A DNA stretch of 64,000 nt from a virus. The DNA is taken from positions 1 to 64,000 of IMG/VR virus record IMGVR_UViG_3300032883_000188. One strand, 5' to 3'. The notes beneath the pieces are model-generated. The model was not told the DNA's origin. It saw nothing but the letters and a program-made list of their open reading frames with translations, and did no database searches. The position numbers were made by a program, and so were the translations under genes. Shown here in pieces: positions 27,815 to 38,805 of this stretch; position 1 is the stretch's first letter; each line of letters starts with the position of its first letter.

Positions 27815-30800
27815 TTATGGTCTATCTGTAAACGATAAGGCAGAACAATTATTATCAATCCAACAGTTTCCACCATAATCAAAAAAGAACCTCCCATCGG
27901 GGTATGGGCCGCCGTTGAATGGGGCTAGATATATTCTAGTATGGGTATCATCATCTTGCCTTACTGCATAAACTCCACCCGCTAACTGAGGATTCGTCAT
28001 ACCAGTATCTTGGAAGGAAAACAGAATACCAGCGCCAAAACCATTAGCCATATCCCCTGTTGTATTCACATTAAAAAGCGAAACTCCGCTCCAACCTGAT
28101 GTAGTTCCTGTCTTCATTCTTGTAAATCGAGCGGCATAATTATATGTGGTAGTGCTGGTATCTCCTGCAACATCCAAAGGATATATTGGAAGAGATGTGC
28201 CAATACCAATTCCATTAGAATTCAATCTTACTATTGAGTCTGTTGCTGTTCCGGCAATAAGTGTACCATCGGTATCAACATAAAGTTGTGTGGTTGTACC
28301 ACCGCGGAAATTAAGCCGTTTTGTGGAAATATCCCATAACATGTTGGCATATCCGGTTGTATTGCTTCCAAACAAGATGTCTCCCGCACCCATAGCTTCT
28401 CCGTTATAAGTTTGGGCTGTATGAAATATTGTAAATGCGGTTGAGTTCGCAGATGTAACATCATCTCCAAAAATAGTAATATCTTTTGTTAAATGAGCGT
28501 GTACTGACAAAGAAGACCAAGGAAAACCATCATGAGTAAAGATATCAAAAGTTGGGGCTGAAACAGATGACATGGAGATGCCTCCCCCGCCAACTGTCCC
28601 ATAACTAACTACTGCTTGTCCTTTTTTCCAAGCAGGATTTGCATCTGCACCATAGGCAGATGCCATGTCTCTTCTGACGCTGTAGGTAGGGGCTGAACCA
28701 GTATAAAGAACGGATAACCATTCATCATCAATACCGTCTTTCATTCTAAGAATATCGTTTTGAGAAAAGGTCGTATCCCCGGAAATAGTAATGCTTCCAA
28801 GAATTTCTGTATTTAAGCTTGTTCCGTTTTCCTCTGTTAGAGTATTGGAACTTTCATCGGTAAAAACAACAGATGCGCCACCATCAGATGCGGTCATATC
28901 AGCGGATAAAACGTCTGAGTTAAGCACGAGTAATGACCCGCCAACGGCTGAAACAATATCCTTTTCAAAGACAGTACTTTTTAATTTTCCTCTAATGACT
29001 ACGTTGGAAAACTCTGCATCACCCGTATCAGAATTAATATTAAAACCAGTATAACCTGTTAGGAAGTTGCTGGAACGGATGCGTTTACTAGCACCATCGA
29101 TAAGAATGTAAGTTCCCGCGGTGTCTCCAACCTTGATTACTGGAACAGAACTGTCCATGCTGATTCCGACATTTGCGGCAAGGCTGTAAATTCTGGTTGC
29201 ATCAATCGTCCAGCCGCCAATATGTCCTGTCAAGGCGGTAATATCTCCGCTCAGGGTGGCGCTGGTAGCTGTGATGTTACCGAGAGAATCAAGAGTAAAG
29301 TTTACAGCACGCACCAAAAGTTTTGTACCGTCCCATTGCAAATAGTTTTTTTCGTTTGAGTAAAGGGATATTTTTGGCGCATTTGAATAACCTAACCAAG
29401 CCCCAACATTATTGCCGTACTCGGATGGAGGATTTACACCAAAAGAGATATATCCTTTGCTGTTTATCTGAGCATTGGGCAGGGAAATACTGCCGATGTT
29501 TACCGTCCAACCCGCAATCGAACCCGCATTAAAGGCGCTTGCGCCCGTATTACTGCCAAGTTGTCCGGCTGTACCCAATATATCCGAATAGATGAAGGAA
29601 GAATTGTCCAAGCGCAAACTGTTCCCAAAGGTCATGGCAAAAGATGATGGGTCATCGTATGTAATGGAGAGTTCCAAAAGAGCCGCTTCTATGGTAGCCT
29701 GTGTATCGTCTTTCTTTATATTAATTACTTTTCCCAAGTCCAATGCGCTTGTGAACGCCGCGTAATCGGTAAGTGATACAAAATTTGCAAAATCTCCGGT
29801 AAATTCGTATCTCGGTTGGGATGTTTTTGCAAGAACTGTAACGGCTTGGTTATATAATATTTGTGATTGTGACTGTATTTCTGCGGGAGTCATAATATCC
29901 GTGGTGATAATGTTGTTGTTTGTATATGTATTGTCATAAATATATGATGTCAATTCCAGATGTTGAGCGTCCGTCATGTTGCTTGGATAAGAAATTATAT
30001 CCAAATAGGCGTATAATTTTGTAAGTATATCTTCCAGAGAAGCGGTGATGGTAGTGGTAGGAATAATGCTCATGAATGCGGCATATAGACTTCCCACTTC
30101 GCTTATTAAATCGTTAATATAATTTGTCAGTGTAGTAATGTCTGCGGCTACAGGAGGATAGGAAGAGAATCCTGCGGCTATAAAATTAAAAAGCGTGTTT
30201 ATATCTATACGAATTACTTCCAGAAGATTGGTAATCGTTGGGGTTAAAGCTGTTAAAGTAGCAGGGTTGAAGTTTGGAAAAGTGGATGTAGAATTATAAA
30301 TATTTGTCCAACTGGTAATAATATTTCCAATGGTCAACTGCATGTTTGCCACATCTTCTTCAAAGTTATGATAAGAAACCCTGCTGGTAAAGAACAGACT
30401 GTGAACTATCCTTCTTAATATTATTTGTACAGTATCAGAAAGCCCCTGCATGTTTTCTATATCTATTTGTTTGGTGGCAAGCAGAATTTTCTGTGCCGCA
30501 ATCTGTGCATCAATTTCGGTGGTATCCAACTGCTGTTGTGTTCTAGCCTCTTTAATATCCAACATGCTTTTTAATTGATTGTTCAAATCAGTAAAATCTG
30601 ATTTCATAGCAACCAATTGAATGTTGTAATTCTCCAAAAGAGTCAACTTTGCTGTATAATTCGCCTGATTTGCCGCTACTTTAGCTTCCCATGTTGTGAG
30701 AACATTGATAAGCGCTTGACTCATCCATTGCGATGTTTTAAAATAACTAAAATTGTATATTACGTTATTTCCAGTAGGATTGACATAATGAATATCAAGA

Positions 30801-31489
30801 CCAGCGCCCCCATAGCAGTAGAGTGCTGTGCAAATTTCGGATGTGATTTCCTTAAACTGAGTACTTTTTACAAGATTGTCAAAGGAAAGCAATATGTTCG
30901 TATTTGCGCCGGAGAGTACGTTTGTCTTGGCTGATACGGTTCTAGCAATCGTATCGAATACAAATATGCACCCGTAGGCTTTTTCCATATCGTTGACCAA
31001 GAAGTTATAAGCCGTATTGTTATTGGATGAGAAAGTTCTATAAAGAGGAAGCAGAGATGCATCAATCGTACCGATTGTCCAAGCGGGTTTAAGGTCTAAC
31101 ACGGTTTGCAGTAATGTTTCAAACTGGTATGTACCTATAAAACCCGTAAGTCTTGGAGAAAGAAGTTCTGCTTCCAAGGAAAGGCAGGTCACGTTTTTAA
31201 CGGGCACACTTCCAGAATTATCCTCGGGGCAACTATCAATTATGTAATAACCAACCCCCTCTACAAAGACAATCATCTTGCCCTTAATAAACACATAAGC
31301 CGGGTCAATGGTTGCACCTGCGTCAGCGGATTGTGGATATACAAAGGTAAGTTCTGAGATTGCGTTATAACGTAATGTATTTTTTATTGTATATGCCAAA
31401 CCCAAGGAATAAAGCTTGTCTAGGTGAGGAGTGCATAGTGTTAGGGCAGGAACTTCTGCTTGGCTGTAGTAGTTAAATAATTGATTCAC
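27815..31489 (-). CDS. large tail spike/baseplate hub (Tal-like) with coiled coil and fibre region
   Basis: Follows Dit; G.IGGWTI repeats, GIGIGTSLP.YPLDVAG. Confidence 0.75.
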   Translation of the reverse strand: MNQLFNYYSQAEVPALTLCTPHLDKLYSLGLAYTIKNTLRYNAISELTFVYPQSADAGATIDPAYVFIKGKMIVFVEGVGYYIIDSCPEDNSGSVPVKNVTCLSLEAELLSPRLTGFIGTYQFETLLQTVLDLKPAWTIGTIDASLLPLYRTFSSNNNTAYNFLVNDMEKAYGCIFVFDTIARTVSAKTNVLSGANTNILLSFDNLVKSTQFKEITSEICTALYCYGGAGLDIHYVNPTGNNVIYNFSYFKTSQWMSQALINVLTTWEAKVAANQANYTAKLTLLENYNIQLVAMKSDFTDLNNQLKSMLDIKEARTQQQLDTTEIDAQIAAQKILLATKQIDIENMQGLSDTVQIILRRIVHSLFFTSRVSYHNFEEDVANMQLTIGNIITSWTNIYNSTSTFPNFNPATLTALTPTITNLLEVIRIDINTLFNFIAAGFSSYPPVAADITTLTNYINDLISEVGSLYAAFMSIIPTTTITASLEDILTKLYAYLDIISYPSNMTDAQHLELTSYIYDNTYTNNNIITTDIMTPAEIQSQSQILYNQAVTVLAKTSQPRYEFTGDFANFVSLTDYAAFTSALDLGKVINIKKDDTQATIEAALLELSITYDDPSSFAMTFGNSLRLDNSSFIYSDILGTAGQLGSNTGASAFNAGSIAGWTVNIGSISLPNAQINSKGYISFGVNPPSEYGNNVGAWLGYSNAPKISLYSNEKNYLQWDGTKLLVRAVNFTLDSLGNITATSATLSGDITALTGHIGGWTIDATRIYSLAANVGISMDSSVPVIKVGDTAGTYILIDGASKRIRSSNFLTGYTGFNINSDTGDAEFSNVVIRGKLKSTVFEKDIVSAVGGSLLVLNSDVLSADMTASDGGASVVFTDESSNTLTEENGTSLNTEILGSITISGDTTFSQNDILRMKDGIDDEWLSVLYTGSAPTYSVRRDMASAYGADANPAWKKGQAVVSYGTVGGGGISMSSVSAPTFDIFTHDGFPWSSLSVHAHLTKDITIFGDDVTSANSTAFTIFHTAQTYNGEAMGAGDILFGSNTTGYANMLWDISTKRLNFRGGTTTQLYVDTDGTLIAGTATDSIVRLNSNGIGIGTSLPIYPLDVAGDTSTTTYNYAARFTRMKTGTTSGWSGVSLFNVNTTGDMANGFGAGILFSFQDTGMTNPQLAGGVYAVRQDDDTHTRIYLAPFNGGPYPDGRFFFDYGGNCWIDNNCSALSFTDRP

Positions 31490-31501
31490 CTTTCCTCCTT
31501 T

Positions 31502-32305
31502 TTAGCCGCCTACTTTAACGGCAATAGGGGTTGTAATCTCAATCTTATATACATTTCCACTAATACTAAGAGTGTTAACTCCCGGCAATAATCTCAGCCA
31601 ATGCTGATTCAATAAATTATAAAGCGGGTATGTAACCAATGTTGAAGATATAATCTGATGGTCGCAGTCCAAGGTTACAACCTCATTTGGAAGAACATTT
31701 AGAGTAAACACTCTACTGTTGTCCGTGATATTGGTAATGGTAACACTACCACCAAATGTGTTGGCTGTAATCTTTAATGGGGTCGGATAAGTGTAGAAGC
31801 CATTTGCGCTTTCGTTTAAAAATGATACAGTATCCGAAATACTATATGAATTAGGATTATAAGTATAACTATAATATTTTGGAACTTTCCAGCCCCACGG
31901 TGCATCACAAGTAACCGTAGTGGTAAAACCACGTATGATGTTTCCTTGACGCACCACTTGCGGGGCTGTTAGAAAGCAGTTAAAATAAACATCCTGCATG
32001 TCCGGTTGACAAATTCTTAATTTTTTATAAGCTTGTTGTGCAAACAACCATGTCGAAATGGTCGAATACTGCATGGCATCAATTTCTTTTGCATCCGAAT
32101 ACATGGAAAGAGGGAACTGTAACACCGGGGTTTGCTCCGCGCCCCAAAACAAAGGCACGGGTCTGCGGAATAATTTAAGAGTAAGTAGAGATAAATCGTT
32201 GCTTGCGGATGTTGTAGCATCTCCTGACCCGCTGAATTCCCCAAGATATAAGCTGTAAAATTCTGACGGTTTATCGTCAAAGATGAACGTTTTTGCATAA
32301 AACAT
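31502..32305 (-). CDS. distal tail protein (Dit-like)
   Basis: After TMP; CDAPWGW, WLRLLPGVNTL. Confidence 0.8.
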   Translation of the reverse strand: MFYAKTFIFDDKPSEFYSLYLGEFSGSGDATTSASNDLSLLTLKLFRRPVPLFWGAEQTPVLQFPLSMYSDAKEIDAMQYSTISTWLFAQQAYKKLRICQPDMQDVYFNCFLTAPQVVRQGNIIRGFTTTVTCDAPWGWKVPKYYSYTYNPNSYSISDTVSFLNESANGFYTYPTPLKITANTFGGSVTITNITDNSRVFTLNVLPNEVVTLDCDHQIISSTLVTYPLYNLLNQHWLRLLPGVNTLSISGNVYKIEITTPIAVKVGG

Positions 32306-32308
32306 ATT

Positions 32309-33001
32309 CTATCCTCCTTTTATATAATCGTTTGGAAAATTTAATTTTGCTTCTTTTCCATATAGAAAAAAGGCGGCAGAATCATATGCTTTAGCCGCAT
32401 CACTTTCGGAATAATATGCACCAAGTCTAAAAACCATCTTTTCGTATGTTATTTGAACTTCAAACTTTTTTCTGTATTTTCTTTTACATACACCTAAATA
32501 ACTGCTGGTTTTTATTTTTTTCTTACCGCGTTGTTTTCCAAGCATTGCTTCTGATATTTTTCTATTTTCTTCGACTGTGTGGATTCTTTTTTTACTATAA
32601 ATAGAAATTGTTTTTCTAACTTCATCCGAACGAATTTTTCCTTTATTTGACAAAGATGCTTTCATTCTAGACTCTTCGCTAGGAATACGCCCCAATGTTC
32701 CCTCTCCACCGTCTGTTAAATTATAACCAAAGTCTCTATTTTTTGTTTTATATTTTTTTATAAAATGTATTTCTTTTATTGCTAAAGAATCTTTTTCACA
32801 TTTTTCTAAAATATAAAAGTTAAAATTTTTTATTCCATATTTGTTATAAGAATATTGCAGATATGGATTTGGGTGTCTGTTTTCATGCAAGTCTCTTTTA
32901 TGCCCGGTAAATCTATAAGAAATATCAATTGATTTTCCTATATATTTTTTATTATTAATTATATTTTCAATACAATAAATTCCGGCTATTTTTTCTTGCA
33001 T
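32309..33001 (-). CDS. free-standing GIY-YIG homing endonuclease with NUMOD3 and AP2 domains
   Basis: GIYCI...YIGKS, GYNLTDGGEG, SEESR.K.S repeats, SSYLGV...LG.Y..E..AAKAYD..A...G..AKLNFP. Confidence 0.9.
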   Translation of the reverse strand: MQEKIAGIYCIENIINNKKYIGKSIDISYRFTGHKRDLHENRHPNPYLQYSYNKYGIKNFNFYILEKCEKDSLAIKEIHFIKKYKTKNRDFGYNLTDGGEGTLGRIPSEESRMKASLSNKGKIRSDEVRKTISIYSKKRIHTVEENRKISEAMLGKQRGKKKIKTSSYLGVCKRKYRKKFEVQITYEKMVFRLGAYYSESDAAKAYDSAAFFLYGKEAKLNFPNDYIKGG

Positions 33002-33019
33002 TTTTATTCACCGCCTTTC

Positions 33020-36000
33020 TTAGTTAACGTACTGGTTGGTCGCTCTGGTTACGCCTCTTTTGCGAAACGTATCATTCATTTTTTCCATCAACTTGTCTGC
33101 AATACGCTCAATATCGGGTATAACATTCTTGTCCAGATTACCCATTACCGTGATTGGCATGGAAACACTTGCGTTACCCATGCTCCCACTCTTGTTCAAG
33201 TTATTTAGTGCGGATAGACCAATGGAATCTACGATGTTTTTCCTTAGAACGAATTCTCCGGGCATCAACATAGTATTAACAGAATCTTGATTAGGAATAC
33301 CACCTGTAATTAAACCGCCCTCGGCTACTGGCGTAGCTATTGGTCTCATCGGTGTTGCTTTTTTACGTCTACTTACAGTTATAGTACCGTCAGACCAAGC
33401 AGTATCACTTATTTCATATGTCTTATCGGTGGGGTCTGTTCTCCATGCTGATATGCTCATTGGTGTTCTTTGAGTCTTTTGAGTAGTACCACCACCAACA
33501 CTTCCCCCTACACCCCCTTTGTTACCCATTTTATCTAGAATTTCTTTTAAGGCTTCTCTAAGCTTTTCTATGAATTTGTCAATCAAGTCTATTTGAGCAT
33601 TTATCATGTCTTCATAGATTCTATATTCTTTATCCAAGGCTTCAACTTGAAGGTTGTAGCTTCTGTCGGCTTGGGTTTTTTCCAAGTCCGCCTGTGCTTT
33701 ATCCAAATTTTCCTGTAATTGCAAGCGCTTTGCCTGTGCTTCTTCGCTGTTGTCGAGTGAAATGGCAAGTAATTCAGCTTGTATCTTGGAAACACTTTTC
33801 TGTTTATCACGCAGGGTATCTTGATAATCAGATTCGTCTTTCATAGCCTTTAAGATGGCTTTACGAGCATCGATGATTTTCTTAAAGCCTTCCAGTTTAT
33901 CTTTTAAGGCTTTCTTTTCGTTTTCGGCATCTTTTATTTTCAGGTCATATTCGTCTTGAATCTTTTTTCTAGCCGCATCTGCACCGCCTCCGCCCCCACC
34001 CCCACTAGCAGAAGCTTTCCCAAGAGAATTCAATTGAGCTACAAGTGCTTGTATTTGCAACACTTGCGCGTGAGTCATTCTTGAGCCTACGGCTTCAATT
34101 TCCGCAAACACATACAAACCATTGGCGGCTACTTTAAGAGCACCAACAAGATTATAAAGAGCAAGTTGATGATTTATTAATTCTATCAGATGGGTCTTTG
34201 CGGATTGTGTATCAAAAATAAAAGCATCTCCAACCATGGTTATATATTGTGCCAGTTGAGGATATTTACTAATAAGGTTATTAACAGTATCCGCGGTTAT
34301 TGAATTGTTCTTTGCTTGCTCTATTGCCGCATTATTTATAGCATCGAATTCAGAGTTAAGTTCATCAAATGTTGGAATTGCCGAAGCAACACTATTGTTT
34401 AAATTAATAACAGCATTGGCGGCGCGCATTTGAGCATCTGTCAAATCATTAGCACCAAATATCATATTCATTAATGTTTCTGAATATGATGATGCAGATT
34501 CATTTCCTATTTCCCATTTACCGTTTACATTGTCTATTCTTACGCCCAATACTTCCCAATCTTCTATTTCTTTTGAAGTAATAGTTCCCTTGCTAATTTT
34601 ATCCTGTAAATCCCTAAAGTCTTTCCAAGCCGCTTGCAGTTTTGCCATACCAACAGCAAAACCAGATGGGTCAAGCGTTGGCTTTATTACTGGTTGAGCG
34701 CCAAATTCTGCTTCTCTTGCCTTAGCATACAAATTGTAAAGATTTTCAGTATTTGTTTTTGTTGCCTCATCCCACATGCTCTTATAGAAATCTGAAAATT
34801 CCTTTTTCAAATCAGGGTCTACAAGTTTAGCCATAAAAGCTTTTTGGGCTTCCATACCCATATTGCTAAAATCAACTTTTGCCTTTGCAATAGCTTCTCT
34901 GTACTCTGCTTCTTCCATTGGGGTAAGTTTATTTTTTGAAACCCAACCTGTTCCACCGCTCTTCCCCCCGGGTTTGTTAAGAGTATATTTTGCTTCATTA
35001 AGAGCCTGTGCTTCCAAATTATAGGCTTCTTTATTTTGTAAATCTAGAAGCGCTTTCTTCGCATCTATTTCCTCTAAAATTGCTTGCGTTTGGGCTTTTA
35101 TACTATCGGTACTGGTGATTATGAAGTTTCCATAAGTGTCATAATAACCTATCAACCCCGGCAAGATTGATTTTAATTGATTTTGAACATCAGTTAGTCT
35201 TTGTGTTTCGTCCGCTGTTTTCTTTGTATTTGCGCTTAAAGTTTTAAACTCTTCTGAAAGATTATAAATACTTTTTTTGTTTGCATAAAGGTCGTCAAGC
35301 ACTGTTTTAGTATCTTTTATTTCGCCCTGTATATCAACTAATTCTTCTTTTGCACTTTTTGTATTTATTATAAATAATGCAAGAGCACCAATCGCTAAGG
35401 AAAGAACTAGTCCTATTCCTCCTGCGCTTGTAAGAAAAGCGAGTACTGATGCTGTAACCGTATCTATTGCCCCGGCTGTTATCCATAAAGCCGCATCTAA
35501 AACTGAAAGTCCTGCGGCATCAGCCAGTGCCGCCGTAACCATACCCACAAAACTAATAATAAGTTTTCCAACCTGTTCTCTATAAAGTATTGTAATAGCA
35601 ACCCCTAATGCTATTATAACAGCCTTTAATCCACCAATCTTTGTTATCCAGTTAACGATAGATGCCAAAGTATTATTAAGGGTTATAATTAAACCATTAA
35701 AATCTTTTCCGCTTTGTACAAGTCCCTGAAAGGATGCCTTTAATCTGTTTTGTGAGGCTTCAACATTTCTCAAATAAATGGAATATCTATCCATTGCCAA
35801 ACCAGCGGAATTAGCTTCTATTCCCTGTAACTTTAAAGCCATGTTCATGTTCTGCATGAGAACATTAAACATGTTACGCTGACGTACACCCGCGATTGCT
35901 TTACCAATATTCGCCTGTTCTACTTCGTTAAGAGTATTCCATTTACCAGCAAGTTCTTCAAGCACTGCACTAAAATCTCTAAAAGAGACATCGCTATCAC

Positions 36001-37324
36001 GTAATTTTATGTTTACTCTTGATAAAGCAATTTCAACATTGTTTATACCTGTTGCACCATCTAGACCGCCTTGCCTAATATCCTGCATACGGGTTAAAAT
36101 GGTCTTCATTGCCTGACCGACCATTTCAGCATTCTGTCTGGTTACAGAAGATACAGTACCAATATAAGAAACAAGTTTATCAAAAGATACGCCTACTTCG
36201 GATGCGGCGGCGGCAGAATATCTCAACGCCGTTGCCAATTCACCAGCACTGGTGGCGCTTTGGTTGTCTACTGCTACCAGTTTGTCAACCACAACGGCGG
36301 CTTCATCTACACTCATTGCATAAGAGTTAATTGTTGAAGTTAAATAGTTGGTTGCGTCTGCTGAACTTAATGCGCCAAGTTTAGAAAGCATTAGAGATGC
36401 TTGTAATAGTTTTTGGGTTTCTGCAATAGTTCTACCCTGTCTTAACCACTCTACACTTCCCTGCGCAACTTCAAGAGTCGTAACACCCATTTGCTGTGCT
36501 AATACATTAAAAGATTGTGCCAAAGAATAAATTTGTTCCGGGGTTTGTGCTCCTGCTACTTGCAATACTTGAATCTTTACCATTTCTTTGTTAAGTTCAA
36601 TGGTATATTGTATAGCATCATTTAATAATTTTTGTGCTTCTCTTACTACACCTAAAGAAAGACTATAAGAGATAGTCTGCATAAAAGCGCGCTGAATGTT
36701 AGCCGCCCAACTTTGCATGGCGGTAGCCGCTCTTTTAGTAACAGATGTAGTGGCTTCAAACTCTCCGTTTAATTTCTGAATACTAGGTATAAGTTTTTGC
36801 GCCGCGGCTGTTTGTCCGGTTTCTGCAAGTTGTTTGTAAAGATTTATCTCATTCATCAAAGCAGTGGCGCTTCCCTGAATGGCTTTCTTTTCGGTCTCTC
36901 CCATGCTTTGTGCACGGTTAGCCCAATCTGCCGCTTTCTTACCCATGGCGTCAAACTGCGTTATGTTCTTGGTGATGCCAGTTAAAGTATTGTCAATATT
37001 CTTGCTGAATGTACCAACTTCGCCAGTTGCACCTTTAAAACTACCACTCAAACCAACTATTTCTACTTTTAATTGTCCGGTAGCTGTTTCCATTAGTTGT
37101 AGTTTTGTGGTTACACCTGTTAATACTCCGCCCTCCGCCTTGACAGAAGTATTAAAAGCATCAAGTGCTTTTTGAGCGGCGCTTGTATCAACACCAGAAA
37201 GTGCCTTTACACCACCAAGATTGAGGGGATTATTCTTTAAATCACCGGAGAAAACCTTAAGGCTCTCTGTCAGTGATTTGGTATCAGCTTTAAAACCTAC
37301 ATTAAAGGTAAACGCATTTGCCAT
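33020..37324 (-). CDS. tape measure protein
   Basis: 1434 aa, helical, TP901-type core, TM stretch, C-terminal GG.I.GG...DSV..ML.PGEFV. Confidence 0.9.
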   Translation of the reverse strand: MANAFTFNVGFKADTKSLTESLKVFSGDLKNNPLNLGGVKALSGVDTSAAQKALDAFNTSVKAEGGVLTGVTTKLQLMETATGQLKVEIVGLSGSFKGATGEVGTFSKNIDNTLTGITKNITQFDAMGKKAADWANRAQSMGETEKKAIQGSATALMNEINLYKQLAETGQTAAAQKLIPSIQKLNGEFEATTSVTKRAATAMQSWAANIQRAFMQTISYSLSLGVVREAQKLLNDAIQYTIELNKEMVKIQVLQVAGAQTPEQIYSLAQSFNVLAQQMGVTTLEVAQGSVEWLRQGRTIAETQKLLQASLMLSKLGALSSADATNYLTSTINSYAMSVDEAAVVVDKLVAVDNQSATSAGELATALRYSAAAASEVGVSFDKLVSYIGTVSSVTRQNAEMVGQAMKTILTRMQDIRQGGLDGATGINNVEIALSRVNIKLRDSDVSFRDFSAVLEELAGKWNTLNEVEQANIGKAIAGVRQRNMFNVLMQNMNMALKLQGIEANSAGLAMDRYSIYLRNVEASQNRLKASFQGLVQSGKDFNGLIITLNNTLASIVNWITKIGGLKAVIIALGVAITILYREQVGKLIISFVGMVTAALADAAGLSVLDAALWITAGAIDTVTASVLAFLTSAGGIGLVLSLAIGALALFIINTKSAKEELVDIQGEIKDTKTVLDDLYANKKSIYNLSEEFKTLSANTKKTADETQRLTDVQNQLKSILPGLIGYYDTYGNFIITSTDSIKAQTQAILEEIDAKKALLDLQNKEAYNLEAQALNEAKYTLNKPGGKSGGTGWVSKNKLTPMEEAEYREAIAKAKVDFSNMGMEAQKAFMAKLVDPDLKKEFSDFYKSMWDEATKTNTENLYNLYAKAREAEFGAQPVIKPTLDPSGFAVGMAKLQAAWKDFRDLQDKISKGTITSKEIEDWEVLGVRIDNVNGKWEIGNESASSYSETLMNMIFGANDLTDAQMRAANAVINLNNSVASAIPTFDELNSEFDAINNAAIEQAKNNSITADTVNNLISKYPQLAQYITMVGDAFIFDTQSAKTHLIELINHQLALYNLVGALKVAANGLYVFAEIEAVGSRMTHAQVLQIQALVAQLNSLGKASASGGGGGGGADAARKKIQDEYDLKIKDAENEKKALKDKLEGFKKIIDARKAILKAMKDESDYQDTLRDKQKSVSKIQAELLAISLDNSEEAQAKRLQLQENLDKAQADLEKTQADRSYNLQVEALDKEYRIYEDMINAQIDLIDKFIEKLREALKEILDKMGNKGGVGGSVGGGTTQKTQRTPMSISAWRTDPTDKTYEISDTAWSDGTITVSRRKKATPMRPIATPVAEGGLITGGIPNQDSVNTMLMPGEFVLRKNIVDSIGLSALNNLNKSGSMGNASVSMPITVMGNLDKNVIPDIERIADKLMEKMNDTFRKRGVTRATNQYVN

Positions 37325-37343
37325 ATAACCTCCTCAACTCAAA

Positions 37344-38342
37344 CTATATTTTCAAATTTTCTAATTCCTTGTATGTCCTGTCCTTCGCGGAAGAATCATC
37401 ATAAACCGAAACCATGCTTAAATCTGACCACCCGAATATTTCCTTAATAAGAACGTGGGGTATATTCTGCTTGGAAAGCAGAGTGGTCAGATAATGTCTT
37501 AGCGCATGAGTATAAAATGGGACTTTTAAGCGCTTTTCAAACGCTCTTACCCACCCGCGCACGGTTGCGCCAGTAGCCGGAGTGCCATTCAGTTTAACAA
37601 AAAGAAAGTTATGATTTAACTTCTTGGCTTTTAAAAGTTTGGCACGCTCGAGTAACCACGCCTTGTAATAAGGCAGGAATTTTTCAGCCAGTATATACTT
37701 GTAAAGAAGTTTACCCGCTTTACCCCTGCCCTTGGTCTTTAACTGGCGGGTTGTTTCCAAGAACAACGTACCAAAAGCAGTCCTGTTTTCGTCTATCATG
37801 TCTGTTTCGAAGATTAGTAATTCTGAAAACCTAGCCCCACTACAAATCGCCAGTGCCAGCCAACAAGCCTGTTGCTTGTTGTGCTTTGACAGATATTTAA
37901 GAAGACTTTCAATTTGCTCGGCTGTCAGAATGGTTTTCTCTCTGCGCATCTCTTTTGGAGTAGATTCGACTACACGCAGAATAACATTGCGGAAAGTTGG
38001 GTATTCTTCATCGTAAAATTTTTCAATAAATGTTGACAGAGATGATAACACACTGCGCATATTATTTAACTTGGAAGAACCAACCCGTAATTCATCAACG
38101 GCAAAACTAAAGAAGTCTGCAAATTCCAACTTCTTGATATCTACAAAGAACTTGTTCTCGTTGTGTAACAAGTTCCACGTAAAGAACATTTTTAGATTGG
38201 ATTCGTAGACCACAATGGTTTTGTCGCTTGTGCGGGTGGATTTCTCTTTTAGAAATCTTTGCATCAAGTCGATATTCTTTGGGTTTATCTGTTTAGTCAA
38301 TTCGTCCGAAGTTATCTTGTTACGAAAAGTTATTCTTGGCAT
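37344..38342 (-). CDS. tyrosine recombinase
   Basis: GARFSE (R), KGRG (K), HALRH, GW...Y catalytic set. Confidence 0.9.
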   Translation of the reverse strand: MPRITFRNKITSDELTKQINPKNIDLMQRFLKEKSTRTSDKTIVVYESNLKMFFTWNLLHNENKFFVDIKKLEFADFFSFAVDELRVGSSKLNNMRSVLSSLSTFIEKFYDEEYPTFRNVILRVVESTPKEMRREKTILTAEQIESLLKYLSKHNKQQACWLALAICSGARFSELLIFETDMIDENRTAFGTLFLETTRQLKTKGRGKAGKLLYKYILAEKFLPYYKAWLLERAKLLKAKKLNHNFLFVKLNGTPATGATVRGWVRAFEKRLKVPFYTHALRHYLTTLLSKQNIPHVLIKEIFGWSDLSMVSVYDDSSAKDRTYKELENLKI

Positions 38343-38805
38343 TATGATAACCCCCTGTAAATTTAAAATAAGTTATACCAACCGCAAAGGCGTCTGATTC
38401 ATCAAAACTATTAAATTTAATATCAGGATTTTCTTTTAGAATGACATTTCTTAGTTCTTCCTTACTCATATTACCCTTTCCACCAACAACTTTTTTAACC
38501 GTAGTAGCCGGATAATATATTTGTTCATAATTACAAAAAATATAATTTGCAATGCCGTGTACTCTGAATATTGCCTGAGTGCTTTTATTATATAGGGTAA
38601 AACCCTGCTCGATAACAATTACCTCAGGCGTGTATTTTTTAATTAATCTAATAAATTCTTTACCAATCATTCTAAGTTTCAGCTTGGATTCATCCTCGCT
38701 TTTCGTGTCTATGGTTATCGCTTCTACGAATTTACCATCATTGGTAAAAATACAAACACCTGTGGAATTAAGGGATAAGTCAAGTGCGTAAACGTATGTT
38801 TCCAT
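38320..38805 (-). CDS. RuvC-like Holliday junction resolvase
   Basis: ALDLSLNSTG, VIEQGF, VKK..G.G.M.KEE, DESDA. Confidence 0.85.
   Translation of the reverse strand: METYVYALDLSLNSTGVCIFTNDGKFVEAITIDTKSEDESKLKLRMIGKEFIRLIKKYTPEVIVIEQGFTLYNKSTQAIFRVHGIANYIFCNYEQIYYPATTVKKVVGGKGNMSKEELRNVILKENPDIKFNSFDESDAFAVGITYFKFTGGYHNAKNNFS

Noticed and set aside
32309-33019. Group I intron around the GIY-YIG gene
   Set aside because: Flanking genes look complete and the intergenic gaps are too small for intron structure
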